Source: Eledone cirrhosa (taxonomy: Eukaryota). From it: 64,000 nucleotides of DNA. Numbering within the stretch: position 1 is the first letter of the stretch; each line of letters starts with the position of its first letter. The stretch covers positions 265,112,001-265,176,000 of the forward strand of contig OZ024740.1 in NCBI GenBank assembly GCA_964016885.1, read 5' to 3'. The notes under the pieces were generated by a model. That model worked only from the letters and a program-made list of their open reading frames with translations, was not told where the DNA came from and did no database searches. Position numbers and translations under genes: made by a program. This document shows, piece after piece, positions 39,466 through 52,697 of this stretch.

Positions 39466-39478
39466 TATATATATATAT

Positions 39479-39767
39479 ATTGTTATACTTTGGGAGGGTC
39501 ATGTTGCCAATAAGAAACACACGCACCAGTAGCTTTCATTTAAATTTATTATAATAAATTTATAAATTGAGGAATTTATAAATTTCTGGTTGGTTGGTTG
39601 GTTGGTTCCACAACCGGTTGGTTGTTTATATATTGTCAAAGTTCTTTTGTCACATATTCTGTGACCTCTTCAGTGACTGGGGATTATGTTCTTTGTTTTT
39701 GTGCCTCTCCTTTGTTCTGTCCTACGCCATTTTGTTTCTGTGTGAGTGTTGTGTCACAACACACACA
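39479..39767 (-). mobile_element. PLE family B pLTR
   Basis: Reverse complement of 11115-11385. Hammerhead at 39635-39677 with GAAA>AAAA. Confidence 0.8.
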
Positions 39768-40243
39768 CAGGGCGTGGTTGGTGTCGGAGATGTTAGATGG
39801 GAGGGTGGTGACGAGGGAGCGTGGATGGAGTCAAGAAAGGTGGGGAAGTTGCAAGCGGAGACGATGGGGCGGCCGTGGTTGTCGGGTTAGTGGTGTTTGG
39901 GGAGGAAGTAGATAGTGGGGGTGCGGACGATGAGGTGGGAAGCGATGGGAGGGAGGAGGCAGGAGGGAGGAGGAGACAATGTGTTGGATGGTGGAGATAA
40001 CTTGTTGTTGGTAGAGGGGTGTGGGGTCGGAGGGTTCAGGACGGAAGATGAGTGGGTTACGGAGATGCCTGAGGTCAGCGCACCACACCACCTTTGCGCC
40101 TCCCTTCTCCGCCGGTTTGATGACGATGTCATCTCTACTACGGAGGGAGCGGAGAGCGAGGAGTTCGCCCGTGTGATATTATGCCGTTTGGAACGGTGGC
40201 GGAAGTCGAAGCGATTTACTGCACTACGGCAGGCGTCGACGAA
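39768..40243 (-). mobile_element. Internally deleted fragment of the GC-rich Neptune PLE
   Basis: Aligns by eye to 29164-29680 (RTPTIYFLPK, RPIVSACN). Confidence 0.85.
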
Positions 40244-40244
40244 C

Positions 40245-40317
<73 letters not shown>

Positions 40318-40346
40318 AAAGAATAGAGGTGTAACACACAAGTTAT

Positions 40347-40740
40347 TATATATTGGTAAACGGAATAGAAAATGCTGACAAAATGTTCACAGTTGAAAAA
40401 TGGTTTAATTAGGAATAAAAGAGTATTAGTGATTGTATGGGTTAGTATTCAGTTGTGGTTTTAAGTTTTTAAGTTTTTACCGGTTTCGCATTTCTAAATG
40501 CTTTTCAAAAATAATTTTGAGATAGAGTGTCCGTGCTGTTTGCTCTGATCAGAGCAAACAGCACGGACACTCTATCTCAAAATTATTTTTGAAAAGCATT
40601 TAGAAATGCGAAACCGGTAAAAACTTAAAAACTTAAAACCACAACTGAATACTAACCCATACAATCACTAATACTCTTTTATTCCTAATTAAACCATTTT
40701 TCAACTGTGAACAATTTGTCAGCATTTTCTATTCCGTTTA

Positions 40741-40750
<10 letters not shown>
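40347..40750. repeat. ~400-bp spacer-less palindrome
   Basis: Centre ctga|tcag at 40548/40549. Arms ~200 bp with one mismatch seen (gacaaaatg vs gacaaattg). Confidence 0.95.
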
Positions 40751-40825
<75 letters not shown>

Positions 40826-41017
40826 TTATATGTAGAGAACAAAACGGTGTATCGCGGTGGTATTTTTAGCGGCATGATCAACAAGTTTATAATATCCCGT
40901 TTTTACTTATGGCCTATTTTTGTGTGTAGGTCACTTTAACGGCCTGACCCCATGCAACGGGCAGGAAACGATATATTCTCTTACTATGAGGCTTTATACC
41001 CTTATAGTATAGAAAAA

Positions 41018-41097
41018 GCTGTCTGAAGATCTAATTCTTTCCATTGGAAATTCTCTGAATTTCCAATCTTTTGATTAGTGAAACCGTCGGTAACAGC
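41018..41097 (+). ncRNA. Type-I hammerhead ribozyme with extended stem II
   Basis: GCTGT-CTGAAGA-T-CTAATT..TTGGAAATTC tct GAATTTCCAA..GATTAG-T-GAAA-CCGTCGG-TA-ACAGC. Confidence 0.78.
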
Positions 41098-41327
41098 AAT
41101 AGAACAGGGGAATATTTAAATCGTTTTTTAATTTATTTAAAATATTGTTTGATGATTACTTGTTCCGCTCATTTTTATAGTTCTGGTATCTCAAATTAGT
41201 ACCATCGAACCACAACTATTATAAACACCATGCATATTTCTGTTGGAATATCCATACCTTGTTGGAATATCCATACCCTTTTATATATATATATATACTA
41301 TAATTGGATAAACACATATATATATCA

Positions 41328-41379
<52 letters not shown>

Positions 41380-41569
41380 TATAGTTGAATATAAAATAAA
41401 CACAGATATATACATATATGTGTTCAAATCGTAAGGGACCAGATTCGCTTGGGTGAGAAAAATACTAATTTGAGCTATTTAATTGTAAGAGACTATTTTG
41501 AGTTTCTAACTCAATATCTACCTTTCATATCATATATATATTTATATCTATATATATATATATATATAT

Positions 41570-44165
41570 AACAAAGAGGGTGTATTACGATACGAGGTGG
41601 ACCATAGCTAGATCCGAACAGGAAAAGGACTTTGGTAATAGTGCCGGGATTTAAGTATGGTATGGGTCGAAGAGTGCTGCACTACGGAAGAAGGAGCTGA
41701 AGAACGAAGAGGGTGTGGTAAGATACCAGGTGGACCATAATGCACCAGAGTACTCAATACTTAGGGTAGTAAAGTGACTCTTTTCCTCGTCCTTCAACCT
41801 GAAGGACCATAAGATAAACTTTGATACCGACCCTAAAATTAGACTTATATGCCCCTCTAAATCTGATACAGGCAAAATTAGCAAATACATATTAGACAGA
41901 ATTATCCCCCAGGTTAAGGCTAAAGTAGATATTAAACCCATGAGGCAATAAGAAGGTTTAATAGCATTAAAGAAGAAATCAAAATTTATTCAGTTCGATA
42001 TTGATGAGTATTATTCCTCAATCTCACATGATACTCTGCATGAAGCTCTTTCGTTCGCTAACGCTAACTCCGAACTTACGGATGATGAAATTAGTATTAT
42101 TATAGAAGCGAGGAAAACTATTGTTAGATTTGATGATAGCTACTGGGTTCGCAGAGATAGAGCTTCTAATTTTGATATAACTATGGGTTCCAATGATTCG
42201 GCGGAAGTAACTGATCTTGTGGGAATTTATATCGCCCACCGACTACAAGGAAAATTTAAGGATCTCCACGGTGGACTCTACCGTGATGATGCGCTCATAT
42301 TAGTTAAGCCTATGAATAACCAGAATTTAGAAAGGATGCGTAAAAATATTAGGAAGCTTTTTAAGGAACTAGGATTAAGTATTACGTTTGAATATAACCT
42401 CAAAGAGGTTAATTTCCTCGATGTTACTTTGAATCTCAATACAGAAACGATTAAACCGCTCCATAAACTAAATTAGAACCTTAAATATGTAAATACGGGT
42501 TTTAACCATCCACCCTCTATAATTAAATCCATCCCTAGAAATATTTCCCTTAGAATCTCCCGCCTGTCGTCCAACCAGCAAACCTTCAAAGAACATGCCG
42601 AATATTATGATGTTGCACTTAGGAAGGCTGGACACCTAGATAATATAGTGTATATAGTCGACGATGACCAAAATACTCAAAATAAATCTCATAGAGGTAG
42701 AAAAAGCATAAAATCACCACCATACATACACTACCGCAATAGACACACTAATAGTCGCACACCACCAAACAGAAGGCGGTGTAAAGAGTATATATATGGT
42801 ACAATCCGGTCTATAACAACTCTATAAAAACCAATTTACCCTCACAATTCTTTCGATTAGTTAAAAAGCATTTTCCAGCATCACATAAATATAATAAAAT
42901 ATTAAACCCTAACACTATTCGACTTTCATATGCAACCGCCCCTAATATCTAACAACATATAAAAGAGCTTAACGCAAAACGGTTGTATAAATGCCTTCCA
43001 AGACATAACAATACACGTAAAACACCGGCTATAACATCACAAAACAACAATGTACATCCCGACCTGCCTAAGCAACCTCATCAACCCATCCATGGTATTA
43101 TTATACTGCGCATAATTATAACTGTAACTGTGTCCAACTAGGAATGTGTCCGTTGAATAATCAGTGTCTTGAATGTACTATCGAATCGGGTAGCCAGAAG
43201 TGGTACTATGTGGGGTCTACTGCTACCTCCTTCAAATCTCGCCCTTATAGACATCGCTACTCGATAAAACATGAAAACCAGCGTTATGTAACAACATTAG
43301 CAGACAAAGCTTGGCAGCTGCGTCAAAATAACCAACAATTTTACCTAAAATGGGATAAAATACCCCGGCCTGTTTCCAAGGACAGAAATTTTGTAGATTG
43401 TGTAATATGGAAATGTTTTGTATCATGAAATCCAAAAATATTTTATTAGATAATAGAATAGAGCGATAGTTATACTGTAACCATCGCTTGAAATCTACAT
43501 TTTCATATTACAAACGCTACCAGGATTGAACGCCTGTCTCCATCCCCGTTTGATTGTCAAAATGCATATTAACATTATCTGTATTAGTTTTAATTCTATC
43601 AACACTTCTATTCTTTATCATTTAATATAAAATGCTATAGATAAAATAAGATTTCTCAATTCAATTCCCTAAAGCATTTATTAACGGGCTACCAGCATTG
43701 TTGTTATACAGTAGCAGTGAAAATTTCTCTTCCTTACTTGACACCTTATATCTGTATTAATACTACCACCCAAGCCACCAGCCCTGTCCATTGTTCAACT
43801 GGTCAAATATAAATTAATATCGGCACTCCCAAAAATTCTTATTTAGATAAAATAAGCCATATACACATTGTATTCTCATTAAAAACCTTCTATACACTTG
43901 TTTACCAGCAAATTGAATTGCCATCTGTCATATACTTTCCCCTCTCCTCTTCCTTTCTTACAACTAATATAAATACTTTGATTTTTCTGATTTTTTCCAA
44001 TTTATCCAATATCTCTGAAGAAGTGACAACTGATTATACATTTGCTATCGATAACGTGCTAATATTATATGATTACGCAAGCAGCGATACATAGGTATTC
44101 AGTCTGTTATAGAAACATATGTCAATACCTAATAAATTCCTTTTAAAAAAGCACTTTCATTTTAT
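41570..44165 (+). mobile_element. Naiad-type PLE, 5'-truncated pseudogene with 3' pLTR
   Basis: LKDHK..F; IRLICPSKSDTGKISK; FIQFDIDEYYSSI; MGSNDSAEVTDLVG; GLYRDDAL; VNFLDVTLNL; CNC..CPLNNQCL; YYVGST; CRLC; terminal CNH. Coding remnant ~41760-43529. Confidence 0.85.
44010..44127 (+). ncRNA. Hammerhead motif with ~90-nt stem II at the Naiad 3' end
   Basis: CTGAAGA-A-GTGACA ACTGA...TCAGT cTGTTAT-A-GAAA-CATATG-TC. Stem I is eroded. AATAAA follows. Confidence 0.6.
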
Positions 44166-44169
44166 GTTC

Positions 44170-44253
<84 letters not shown>

Positions 44254-44254
<1 letters not shown>

Positions 44255-44403
44255 TAGCAGAATGGCCCAGCGTTGCTCGGGATTTGCTCTAGGGTTCTTA
44301 TATATTTGATATATATTTATCCTTATCGAGCCTCGTTAAATAAATACGTTTTTTTATATTGTGTTATTGTGTATGCAAATATCTGTACACGAATATATAA
44401 TTA

Positions 44404-44482
<79 letters not shown>

Positions 44483-44596
44483 ATAACAGATTAAAATTTA
44501 AGCAAAGAATCGCTGCTTTCGCCCTTACCGGGATCTTCTGAAACTAGAAAAAATCAATCTGCGAACGCAGAATTAAATATTTCAAAAAACGTTACA

Positions 44597-44650
<54 letters not shown>

Positions 44651-44966
44651 TAAATATACATATATATACACACACACATATAGCGTCATAATGTCGTAAT
44701 GCAGACAGCCAGACATGCAAACATATATTATAAGGGCGCAACGTTGTATCTATGTATCTATCTAAAAAGAAAGACTAAGAATTATAGAGAGAGATCGCTA
44801 AATCGCCTAATGCGGTCCCTAGGGCATAGAACATTTGAAATTGTTTTGCTCAGAACACTCACAAGACCATAAGTATTACATGTGTAAAGTTTGAAAACAA
44901 TCGGTTGGGTCGTTCTTGAGGTTTAGGGAGTCAGACAGACAGACATTCTCTCTTTTAGATATATAC
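44254..44966 (-). mobile_element. Non-autonomous Helitron related to 33750-34672
   Basis: Minus strand 3' end: cccgagcaacgctggg hairpin then CTAG|T. 5' part shares cccaaccga.tgttttcaaactttacacatgtaatacttatg. Contains internal TA runs and a nested pLTR piece. Confidence 0.8.
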
Positions 44967-45405
44967 ATATATCTGTTAATTTCAATGGCTTACATTTTTA
45001 ACACGATATCTTACTTTCTTTTTCTTGCCTTTTCCTTTTTCTTCCTTTCTTTTCTTTTGTTTCATACATGAGACTTTCGTGGTATAAAATTACAATACCT
45101 TCTCCCTGGCGAGACAATCTATGTCTACTTGTAATAGCTTAATTGCTATAGCTTATTGTTTTGTCTTGTCTCTTATTCCATAGGACACCGCTTTGCTTTG
45201 GCTTGTGTCAGACGCCATGACCCTGGGTGGCCCAGCAGTACCGTTGGTAGGGGTTGAAACTGCCGATGACCCTCTAGTTCTCTGTATCTAATTTGTATTT
45301 ATATTTACAAAAAATAATTTTTTAAGGTTCTCCCTTGAAAAAATTGTCTTTTCGTTTTACCATATTTTCGTTCGTTGTCTTGTCTTCTCTTTATTGATTT
45401 TCCTA

Positions 45406-45439
<34 letters not shown>

Positions 45440-45489
45440 ACTCACACAAATACACACACACACACACACGCAAACACACACACAAACAC

Positions 45490-46250
45490 ATATATATATG
45501 ACAAAGTAAAAAGCAAAAACAATAACAAAGAGTGTAGTTACGAACAGTGTTGGTATTAGGTACACGCTTGAGAGTTGGGGTGGGGGTTGACGTTTGGGGC
45601 ATAAGCCCTTCATCAGGATACAGGTGGGAAGGTAAAGAGTTCCGAGAGGGTGTGAGAGGGAGTGGTGGTAATACATTAAAATAAAGGGGAAACATATATA
45701 TGGGGGGCAGGGTATCTGTGTCTGTGCGCGTGCTTGTATATGTAGTTGGAGGAGTAAGTACATATATGTAAACATGGAGAATAGGATGGCTAAATCGCTA
45801 GATAGAAAGGTAGGTATATCTTGCGTCCTCTCTGAAAGCCGAAATATGTACAATACAATGACAGTGCCATATATCAACTGTAATAACATTGTCTTATACA
45901 TCAACTGGAAATAAGATAACGTCAACAGTTAAACAGGATGCCGACGTCACAAATATAACAATAGCATCATCTAATGATATGTTGGTGTTAGAAAGAAAAC
46001 GAAAATATCTGAACAGCATGAGCAAGCTAGAAGTAAGTAGATGTTAGGAGTGAGAATGATATAAAAGCTAGCAATGGGTAGTTGCTGGGAAGTTGGTGTA
46101 GAGAAGCAGTTAGAAGTTTGTTCGTGTGAAGTATAAACCAACCTGAGGCAACAATGCGAAGAATTCTTGACATATTGCAGCCAAACTTGTAAAGGATTAT
46201 GTCCAACAGCGGTCAGCGTGGGAATATAAACAGATATAGATATAGAGACG
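45490..46250 (-). mobile_element. PLE 3' fragment with degenerate hammerhead (45586-45620)
   Basis: Minus strand: CTGATGA-A-GGGC ttat GCCC-cAAA-CG-TC. Confidence 0.5.
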
Positions 46251-46772
46251 CATATTTGAACCTACAAACATACGTAAATAACGACGCATACATAGCTTAT
46301 GTTTTAAAACACACCCTTATAACTCATACCTACATGGTTGTATTCTAGATATTCACAGGCATTCTACGTGGCTTCGGGGCTGTTGATTACAAGGAAATAC
46401 CACCTGGCGACATACAGTGTTGTATTGTAAATTTTAACGAGCTGTTCGACGCTGCTATGTATGTTAATTCTTCATCCTCTTGTCCCTTTCTTTCGCTTCT
46501 CTCTTTGTTATTTTCCTTCTTTTAGCCTCCTTCACCCTTCTCATGTACATATATCATTTGAAAGTTATTATCATTGCTTGCCTCGACGACTTGCTCACTC
46601 TCCTTCCTGCTAACATGTTCATAGTACACAAACAGTTCACGCTATTCTTCGCCCTCTTCCTCCTATGGATTTGCATTACAACAATAATTATTATCGTCCT
46701 CAACTTCATCATCGTCATCCCCATCCTCATCATCATCGTCATCATCATCATCATCGTCATCATTGCTATCAT

Positions 46773-46950
46773 TTGGCAGTATTGGTAGAGAGTCGGACGC
46801 CATGCTTTCTAGCATAGTTATGTCCCTTTACGGTCTGAGTTCCAATCCCGCCGAGGTTAACTTTGCCTTTCATCATTACGGGGTCGATAAAATTAAGTAC
46901 CAGTAATGTACTGGGTAATTGCCTTGTGCCAAAAGTAGAAACAATTATTA
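46773..46950 (+). mobile_element. Deu/Nin-domain tRNA-SINE
   Basis: Matches the family consensus. Inserted in a (CAT)n-rich tract. Confidence 0.85.
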
Positions 46951-47236
46951 TTGTTTTCGTCGTCACCATCGTCATCATCATTTTCACCATTATCAACATC
47001 GCCCTATTACCATCATTGTCGTCACCATATTCATCAACAACGACTTCGTCGTCAAGATCATCCTCATTGTCGACCTAGCGTTATAGCAATGGTCAGTCTA
47101 ACCATCATCAACATTTTCATCATCCTCAGCATCATATTTGCCGTCATCGCCGTCACCATCTTGTTCGTGTTAATGTCTGTAACCATTAATATTAGGTTGT
47201 GCTGACTGGATTATAAATACCATATGTATCTGTTCT

Positions 47237-47417
47237 TTGGCAGTATCGGTAGAGGGTCGAACGCCATGCTTTCCAGCATAGTTACGTCCCTTTACGATCT
47301 AAGTTCAAATCCCGCCGAGGTTGACTTTGCCTTTCATCCTTACCGGGTCGATAAAATAAAGTACCAGTAATACACTGATATAGTTGCTGGCCTTGTGCCA
47401 AAAGTAGAAACAATTAT
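47237..47417 (+). mobile_element. Deu/Nin-domain tRNA-SINE
   Basis: Matches the family consensus. Confidence 0.85.
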
Positions 47418-47579
47418 TCATTTCATTATCTTTTCATATATCTTATATTTATATATATTTTCATTGTTAATTGTTTTTGTTATCGTGTATTTTTACTCGA
47501 TTTTATTATAAAACCCCACTGTTCCTGTGTTTGTATTATCCCCTATATGTGGGCCCTTGTAGCCAATAAATGAAACTAT

Positions 47580-49232
47580 TATTTGCTCAACACAGAGTTT
47601 AAGATTTTGGCGAAGGTGTTAGCGAAGAGGTTGGTGCTTGTCATCGAAAATGTTGATGGGAAGGTGCAAACTTGCGCAATGCCGCCCAGGTTCATACACG
47701 AAAGCTCCACCTCATACGGTACATCATAGAGAGGGTATGGTGTAAACATGGCTTCGGTGGGATTCTGATCAATTTAGATCAATCAAAAGCATTCGAAAGG
47801 ATCAACCATCGGTACATGGAGGCTGTCCTCAAGGTAGCTGGCTTCGGGCCCGTCCACAGAGGCTGGATAGCAGCAATGCGCAGTGGCATATGCACAGTGG
47901 TCAAAACTAATGGCCTCCTCTCGAAACCATTTCAGATCTCCCGATCAGTGCCCCCTTTCCTCCCTTCTAGACGTATTGACTCTCAAGCTTTTACTCCGTA
48001 ATCTGGATCTGTTGCAGGGCATCCCGCTCGAACAGGGACGCGGAAAGGCTGTGTTGGACACCACGGAAATCGAGGTGGTGGGCACCTTATTGGAGGAATA
48101 TGAATGGTTGATAGGAGCGATACTCGGAAAAGTCGGTGGGCTTGAAACTCGGCACCTGGAGAGGCAAGTCCATGCCGTCCAACAGGGCCGTCGGGCGTTG
48201 GATTGACGGACCGGTAAAGTTGCTCGGAGTTTGGTTCGGACCATACCTCCAGGTGGATAAGTATTGGGACGAGGTGACGGGCAGGGTAGCCAGTCTCTCC
48301 CAGAAATGGGCTGCGAGGAAGCTGTCACTGAAAGGTCTGGCGGAGGTGGCGGAGGTGGCGAATGCGTACCGCTTGACCATCGTGCATTGTCCCCGTCCGC
48401 GCCTAGACAAGTTGGAACGGATCCTCTTTAACTTCTGTGTAGGGGACAGGTTCTGTTTGTGAGGCGATCCATCTTCTGTCAGCACCTTCTATGCGGAGGG
48501 CTGGGCATACCTGGGCTAATAATGCACTGATATGCGCTGAAACAGCGGTATCTTTTATGGCTAAACGGTGAACAGGTGGGGTCGCGGTTTGTCAGACGGG
48601 CCTCTCCGCAGCTCGTCTATTTGACTGAGCTGCAATCCTGGGTCAAGAAGAGACCGAGACTGGGTAACTGGCATCTGGAACGTTGGCAGGCTCTCACTGC
48701 CCTCTACCAGGTGGGCAATGTGGTCAGTGGAACTTCCACTCTCGACTTCTACAGAGGATGGTGGGCATGTGCGACGACGCACTCGGAGAGGCTCTGATCG
48801 TCGATGAAGTCGAACTAACCAGTCTGTTCCGGAGGAGTTTCGAGCAGAGGACGATGGATAACTTCCAGAAATTCCTCGCTTGGCAGTAATACCGGGGGCC
48901 CTACCGGTTCGAGATAAACTCTACAGGCACGGAAGTGCTGTCAGACGGACCTGCCTGAGATGAACGCAGAGCGATGAAACCGTTCTGCACGCACTAGCTC
49001 CATGTGCTTGCATTACTGACTTGTGGAGTTATGTCGAACAGCTGTTGTTGTGTGTAGAACGGATCCGGCTATTGGTTGAGTCCAAAGTGAAGATCGACTT
49101 GTCGTCTTCTTTTGGCCAGAAACAACAGGCAATTTTCCTCTGTCTGGTGGCAGTTGCGAAAGAGGTTGTATGGTGGACCAGGTTGAAAAGCCTGAAAACA
49201 GGCACTTTTCTCTTCGGTCAATCCCTCATCAA
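47580..49232 (+). pseudogene. Tx1/L1-clade LINE ORF2 remnant (RT to Zn knuckle)
   Basis: LLNTEFKILAKVLAKRL; LDQSKAFERINHRYM; VKLLGVWFG; GGLG; MDNFQKFLAWQ; ETVLHAL; AVAKEVVWWTRLK. Confidence 0.88.
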
Positions 49233-49233
49233 C

Positions 49234-50625
49234 TAATAGATTGTTTTAATGTACTCAAACACAATCAGAATAAGTTTACACAAATTGACATTATTGACTT
49301 TTATCCCTCGATATCAAGGACCTTGCTTTGTAAGGCCCTTCATTTCGCTAGTAAGTTCACCAACATAGATGAGTTAAACCGATTAGTCATATCCTACTAA
49401 AGGGAAACTATCCTCTTTAACAATGGCGATCCATGGATAAAGAAATCCACTATCAACGACCGATTCCATGTGCCGATGAGATCATTTGATAGCGCCGATA
49501 TATGCGATCTAATGGGAATGTTTATCTTGGACATAATACATAATAAAATTCCCGAATTTCATACGGGCCTATATCGTGATGACGGTTTGGCACTATCGAG
49601 CCATAAAAGTGACTATGCTCTTGATATCTTCAGAAAAACTTTGATCACTACTTTCAACAGCCTAGAATTAAAAATTACGAGAGCCATCAGCCCCACTAAT
49701 GTTAACTTTCTAGACGTAAATTTAGAACTACAGCCACGCAGATACAGTTCATTCTACAAACCTAGTGAGAAACCTAAGTACATGCACAAGGAATCTAAAA
49801 TTGTTTTAAAAAATATTATCAATATCTTTAGTAAGAGGGTATCCAACCTCTCTTCTGGAAAAGTCATCTTTGATAAGGCACTACCCTATTATAATTCAGC
49901 ACTGAGCAACAACGGAAACAACCATTTGCTCTCGAGATCACGGCCCTACATCCAGAAAGAAGAAACATCGGCATAAATACGTCATATTGTTCGCAGCAGT
50001 TTACGCACTTAATGGGAAAACTAATGTAAGTAGGACATTTCTAGCTCTCCTAGACCTCCGATTCTCTGTTGGCCACCATAAATATCGAAAGATTTAATCA
50101 CCATACAGTGAATATAAGCATACAGTGAATATAAGTGTACTAATAACATTAAAAACCACATTACCGGCAAACGCAAAAGCGCTCCACCGTACGGATGCTC
50201 ATGCAGAAGGCCAGAGAAATGCGCACTAGACCAACAGTGCAACACTCCAGCAGAGATAAATCAAGCAGTAGTTACCAGAACCACAAGACTTGATGCCTGG
50301 GCTTATGTCGGAATGTCCGACAGCCGGTTCAAAACCGGTACCTGAACTATGAAACCACCTTCAGACATCCTGACAAAAAGATTTGCCATCCAGCTCGCAA
50401 GCCAAGTATGGAGCCGTTAACATAATGGCACACCTTTTTCGATAAATTGGAGTATACTAGAAAAATCTACCCCTATGTTAATGGGACGACATTTTGTTGC
50501 CTTTTAACTCGGAAAAATGGAATATACCCTCTCAACTGGCTTCAGATACCCTAGCTTAAATACACGCCTTGACTGCCTTAGTCGCTGTCCGCACATAACG
50601 AAATACGTTCTGAGTAAATAGTATA
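49234..50625 (+). pseudogene. Second Naiad-type PLE RT/GIY-YIG remnant
   Basis: FTQIDIIDFYPSIS; MRSFDSADICDL; GLYRDDGL; VNFLDVNL; CSCRRPEKCALDQQC; AYVGMS; LNTRLDCLSRCPH. Confidence 0.85.
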
Positions 50626-52322
50626 TACCTGACTATCTAATTCTAATGAAGGAATGTGTTTTCTTTGAATTACTAATTAATTTGTTAGCCAAGGAAGTTG
50701 GATTCTTTGAGTTAACTTGGCATAAATTTCCCTAAACTTGATATTAGTTTTGGAAGAGGAACCTCCTTTCAACATATCTAATAAGTTTGGTTATTTATAG
50801 TTATTTATAATTATTTTCGAAATCACCTGCCTTTATATGAACTCTCGAATATTCTTCATGAAAGAAATCACAATCAACCACTGGAGGACATCTTTGATTT
50901 TATAAAAGTTTGCATAAGTTGGTGATGTATATATATAACAAACTTGTATGTTGTGCGTGTCCGTATGTATGTACGGGTATATGTGCTTGTATATATGTAT
51001 AAATGTATTATGATTTGTATATATATGTATAAATGTGTTATCATCATCCATCATCCTCCACCGCCACCACCACCACCACCACCACCATCACCATCATCAT
51101 CATCAGCATCGAAAGAACAAATTAAAATCCCTTCCACCCTCACAGGTCTTGCCCTGCCACATACAAATATATTACGCATGTTCCAAGATGCTGGTGGCGT
51201 CGCTGATTGCAATAATTGGGTGGTATTGATGAATAGACATGGGGGAGGCGGAGATAATGATGGAAGTGATGATGATGGTTATGATGATTGTGGTGATTGC
51301 AAAATAAATCATGACATAAATACACACATGAATGTAATACCATTCGTCATGATGATGACAATCGATGTTATGGTGGGGTAGATTGGTGTCATGAAGACGG
51401 TGGTATAAGTTAAGGTGGAGTGAGCTAGTGTGTGCCTAATGGTTGTAGGTAAACTGTCATTCGGTTTGCTAGAATACAGCTGATGGTTGTAGGTAAACTT
51501 TCAGTCGGTTTCACCATCATCTCCACCACCCGGTCACGTTTTCCATTCTGTGTATTACAACCGGTTGGGTTATTTTGCTAGAAACCTTATGTAACTACAG
51601 CCCCATATTTTATTTAGCTACAGTAAATACTCAAAATTTATATATACTTTATGTAACTATAATAAATGACCCTAATATGTAATATAGCTTATGTAACTAC
51701 AGTAAATACCCTTAATATGTGTATATCGTATGTAACTACAGAAAGTAGACCCAGAGAACAGTGCTTACAACTTCTGGGAAACATTACCAGTCAGGAACTA
51801 ATGAGTATGTATGCATTTGTGTGATCCGCTCGATACGGCTGTCATATCTACCTCTAATCACACAATACCTCCTTAACCTGTTGAGTTGTTTTTATTTAAG
51901 TGATCCTTGTTATACATTTTCTGCAGAAGGGCTGAGACGGTCATGACATGGAAGACTCAGATCAGAGGTCTGCTCAATCAATGAATTGCCATAAGCAATA
52001 TCAATAAAAACAAGAAATTGACGGTGATTATCCAACGCCACATGCATTCCATCTGGAAGCAAATTCTGCTTCCATGCATCACATAGTTAGCAAGCTGCCA
52101 CAACACGAAATCTTGAATGCATCTTCAAGTGTTTTGTCAAGTGGGCCACGATTCAACATATAAAATTACACTACATTCTTAGCCTTTACAGTCTTCAAAA
52201 ATCTTTTATTTACTAACTTTGTGGCACGATTACACAGGTGCAACATGTGTACTTTAGTCTGTGTATAATGGACTTCTGTCGGTCCTAGTGAGTATTCCAG
52301 TTGTTTGATCAACGGAACAGTC

Positions 52323-52697
52323 TACGCTCGGCTCTCAAACAATAGTGGGGGAAGTTGGAATCAGCGAGGGCTTGGAAAATCCTTATTTTTTCTAGGTTGT
52401 CTCTGTTGATTATTTTTAAAAACCAGACGTTTAGTTTACATATGAAGACCCCAACCCATTCTATTATTTTACAATGTATGGGATTTCTACTCCTTCTTTG
52501 TCATGTATAATGTTTTTTTAATGTAAAAAGAAAATTAATTGTCTCAGGAATGCTACCTCTTAAAATAAAATTTCGCCTGAGATAGATTAGCAAACGTCAA
52601 TAAGCAGGGGCTTGAAATAATAGTGGATTGGGATGGTGAAAAAAAAATGAAAAATTAATAAACGATGGCGGGGACAATTATTTGAGACCTGAGAGTA
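52323..52697. mobile_element. MITE with eroded TIRs and TA ends (Tc1/pogo-like)
   Basis: Left end tacgctcggctctcaaacaat. Right end attatttgagacctgagagta. Second partial copy at 483-732. Confidence 0.55.

Noticed and set aside
41935-41950. In-frame TGA in the Naiad as selenocysteine
   Set aside because: It aligns to the conserved Trp of the NQW motif, lies next to a frameshift, and the copy has other stops. TGG>TGA decay is more likely.
46480-47205. Hydrophobic 'membrane protein' ORFs
   Set aside because: They derive from (CAT)n/(CTT)n low-complexity sequence interrupted by a SINE.
51870-52262. Possible exon or transposase remnant on the minus strand
   Set aside because: Several in-frame stops and no motif I can name.
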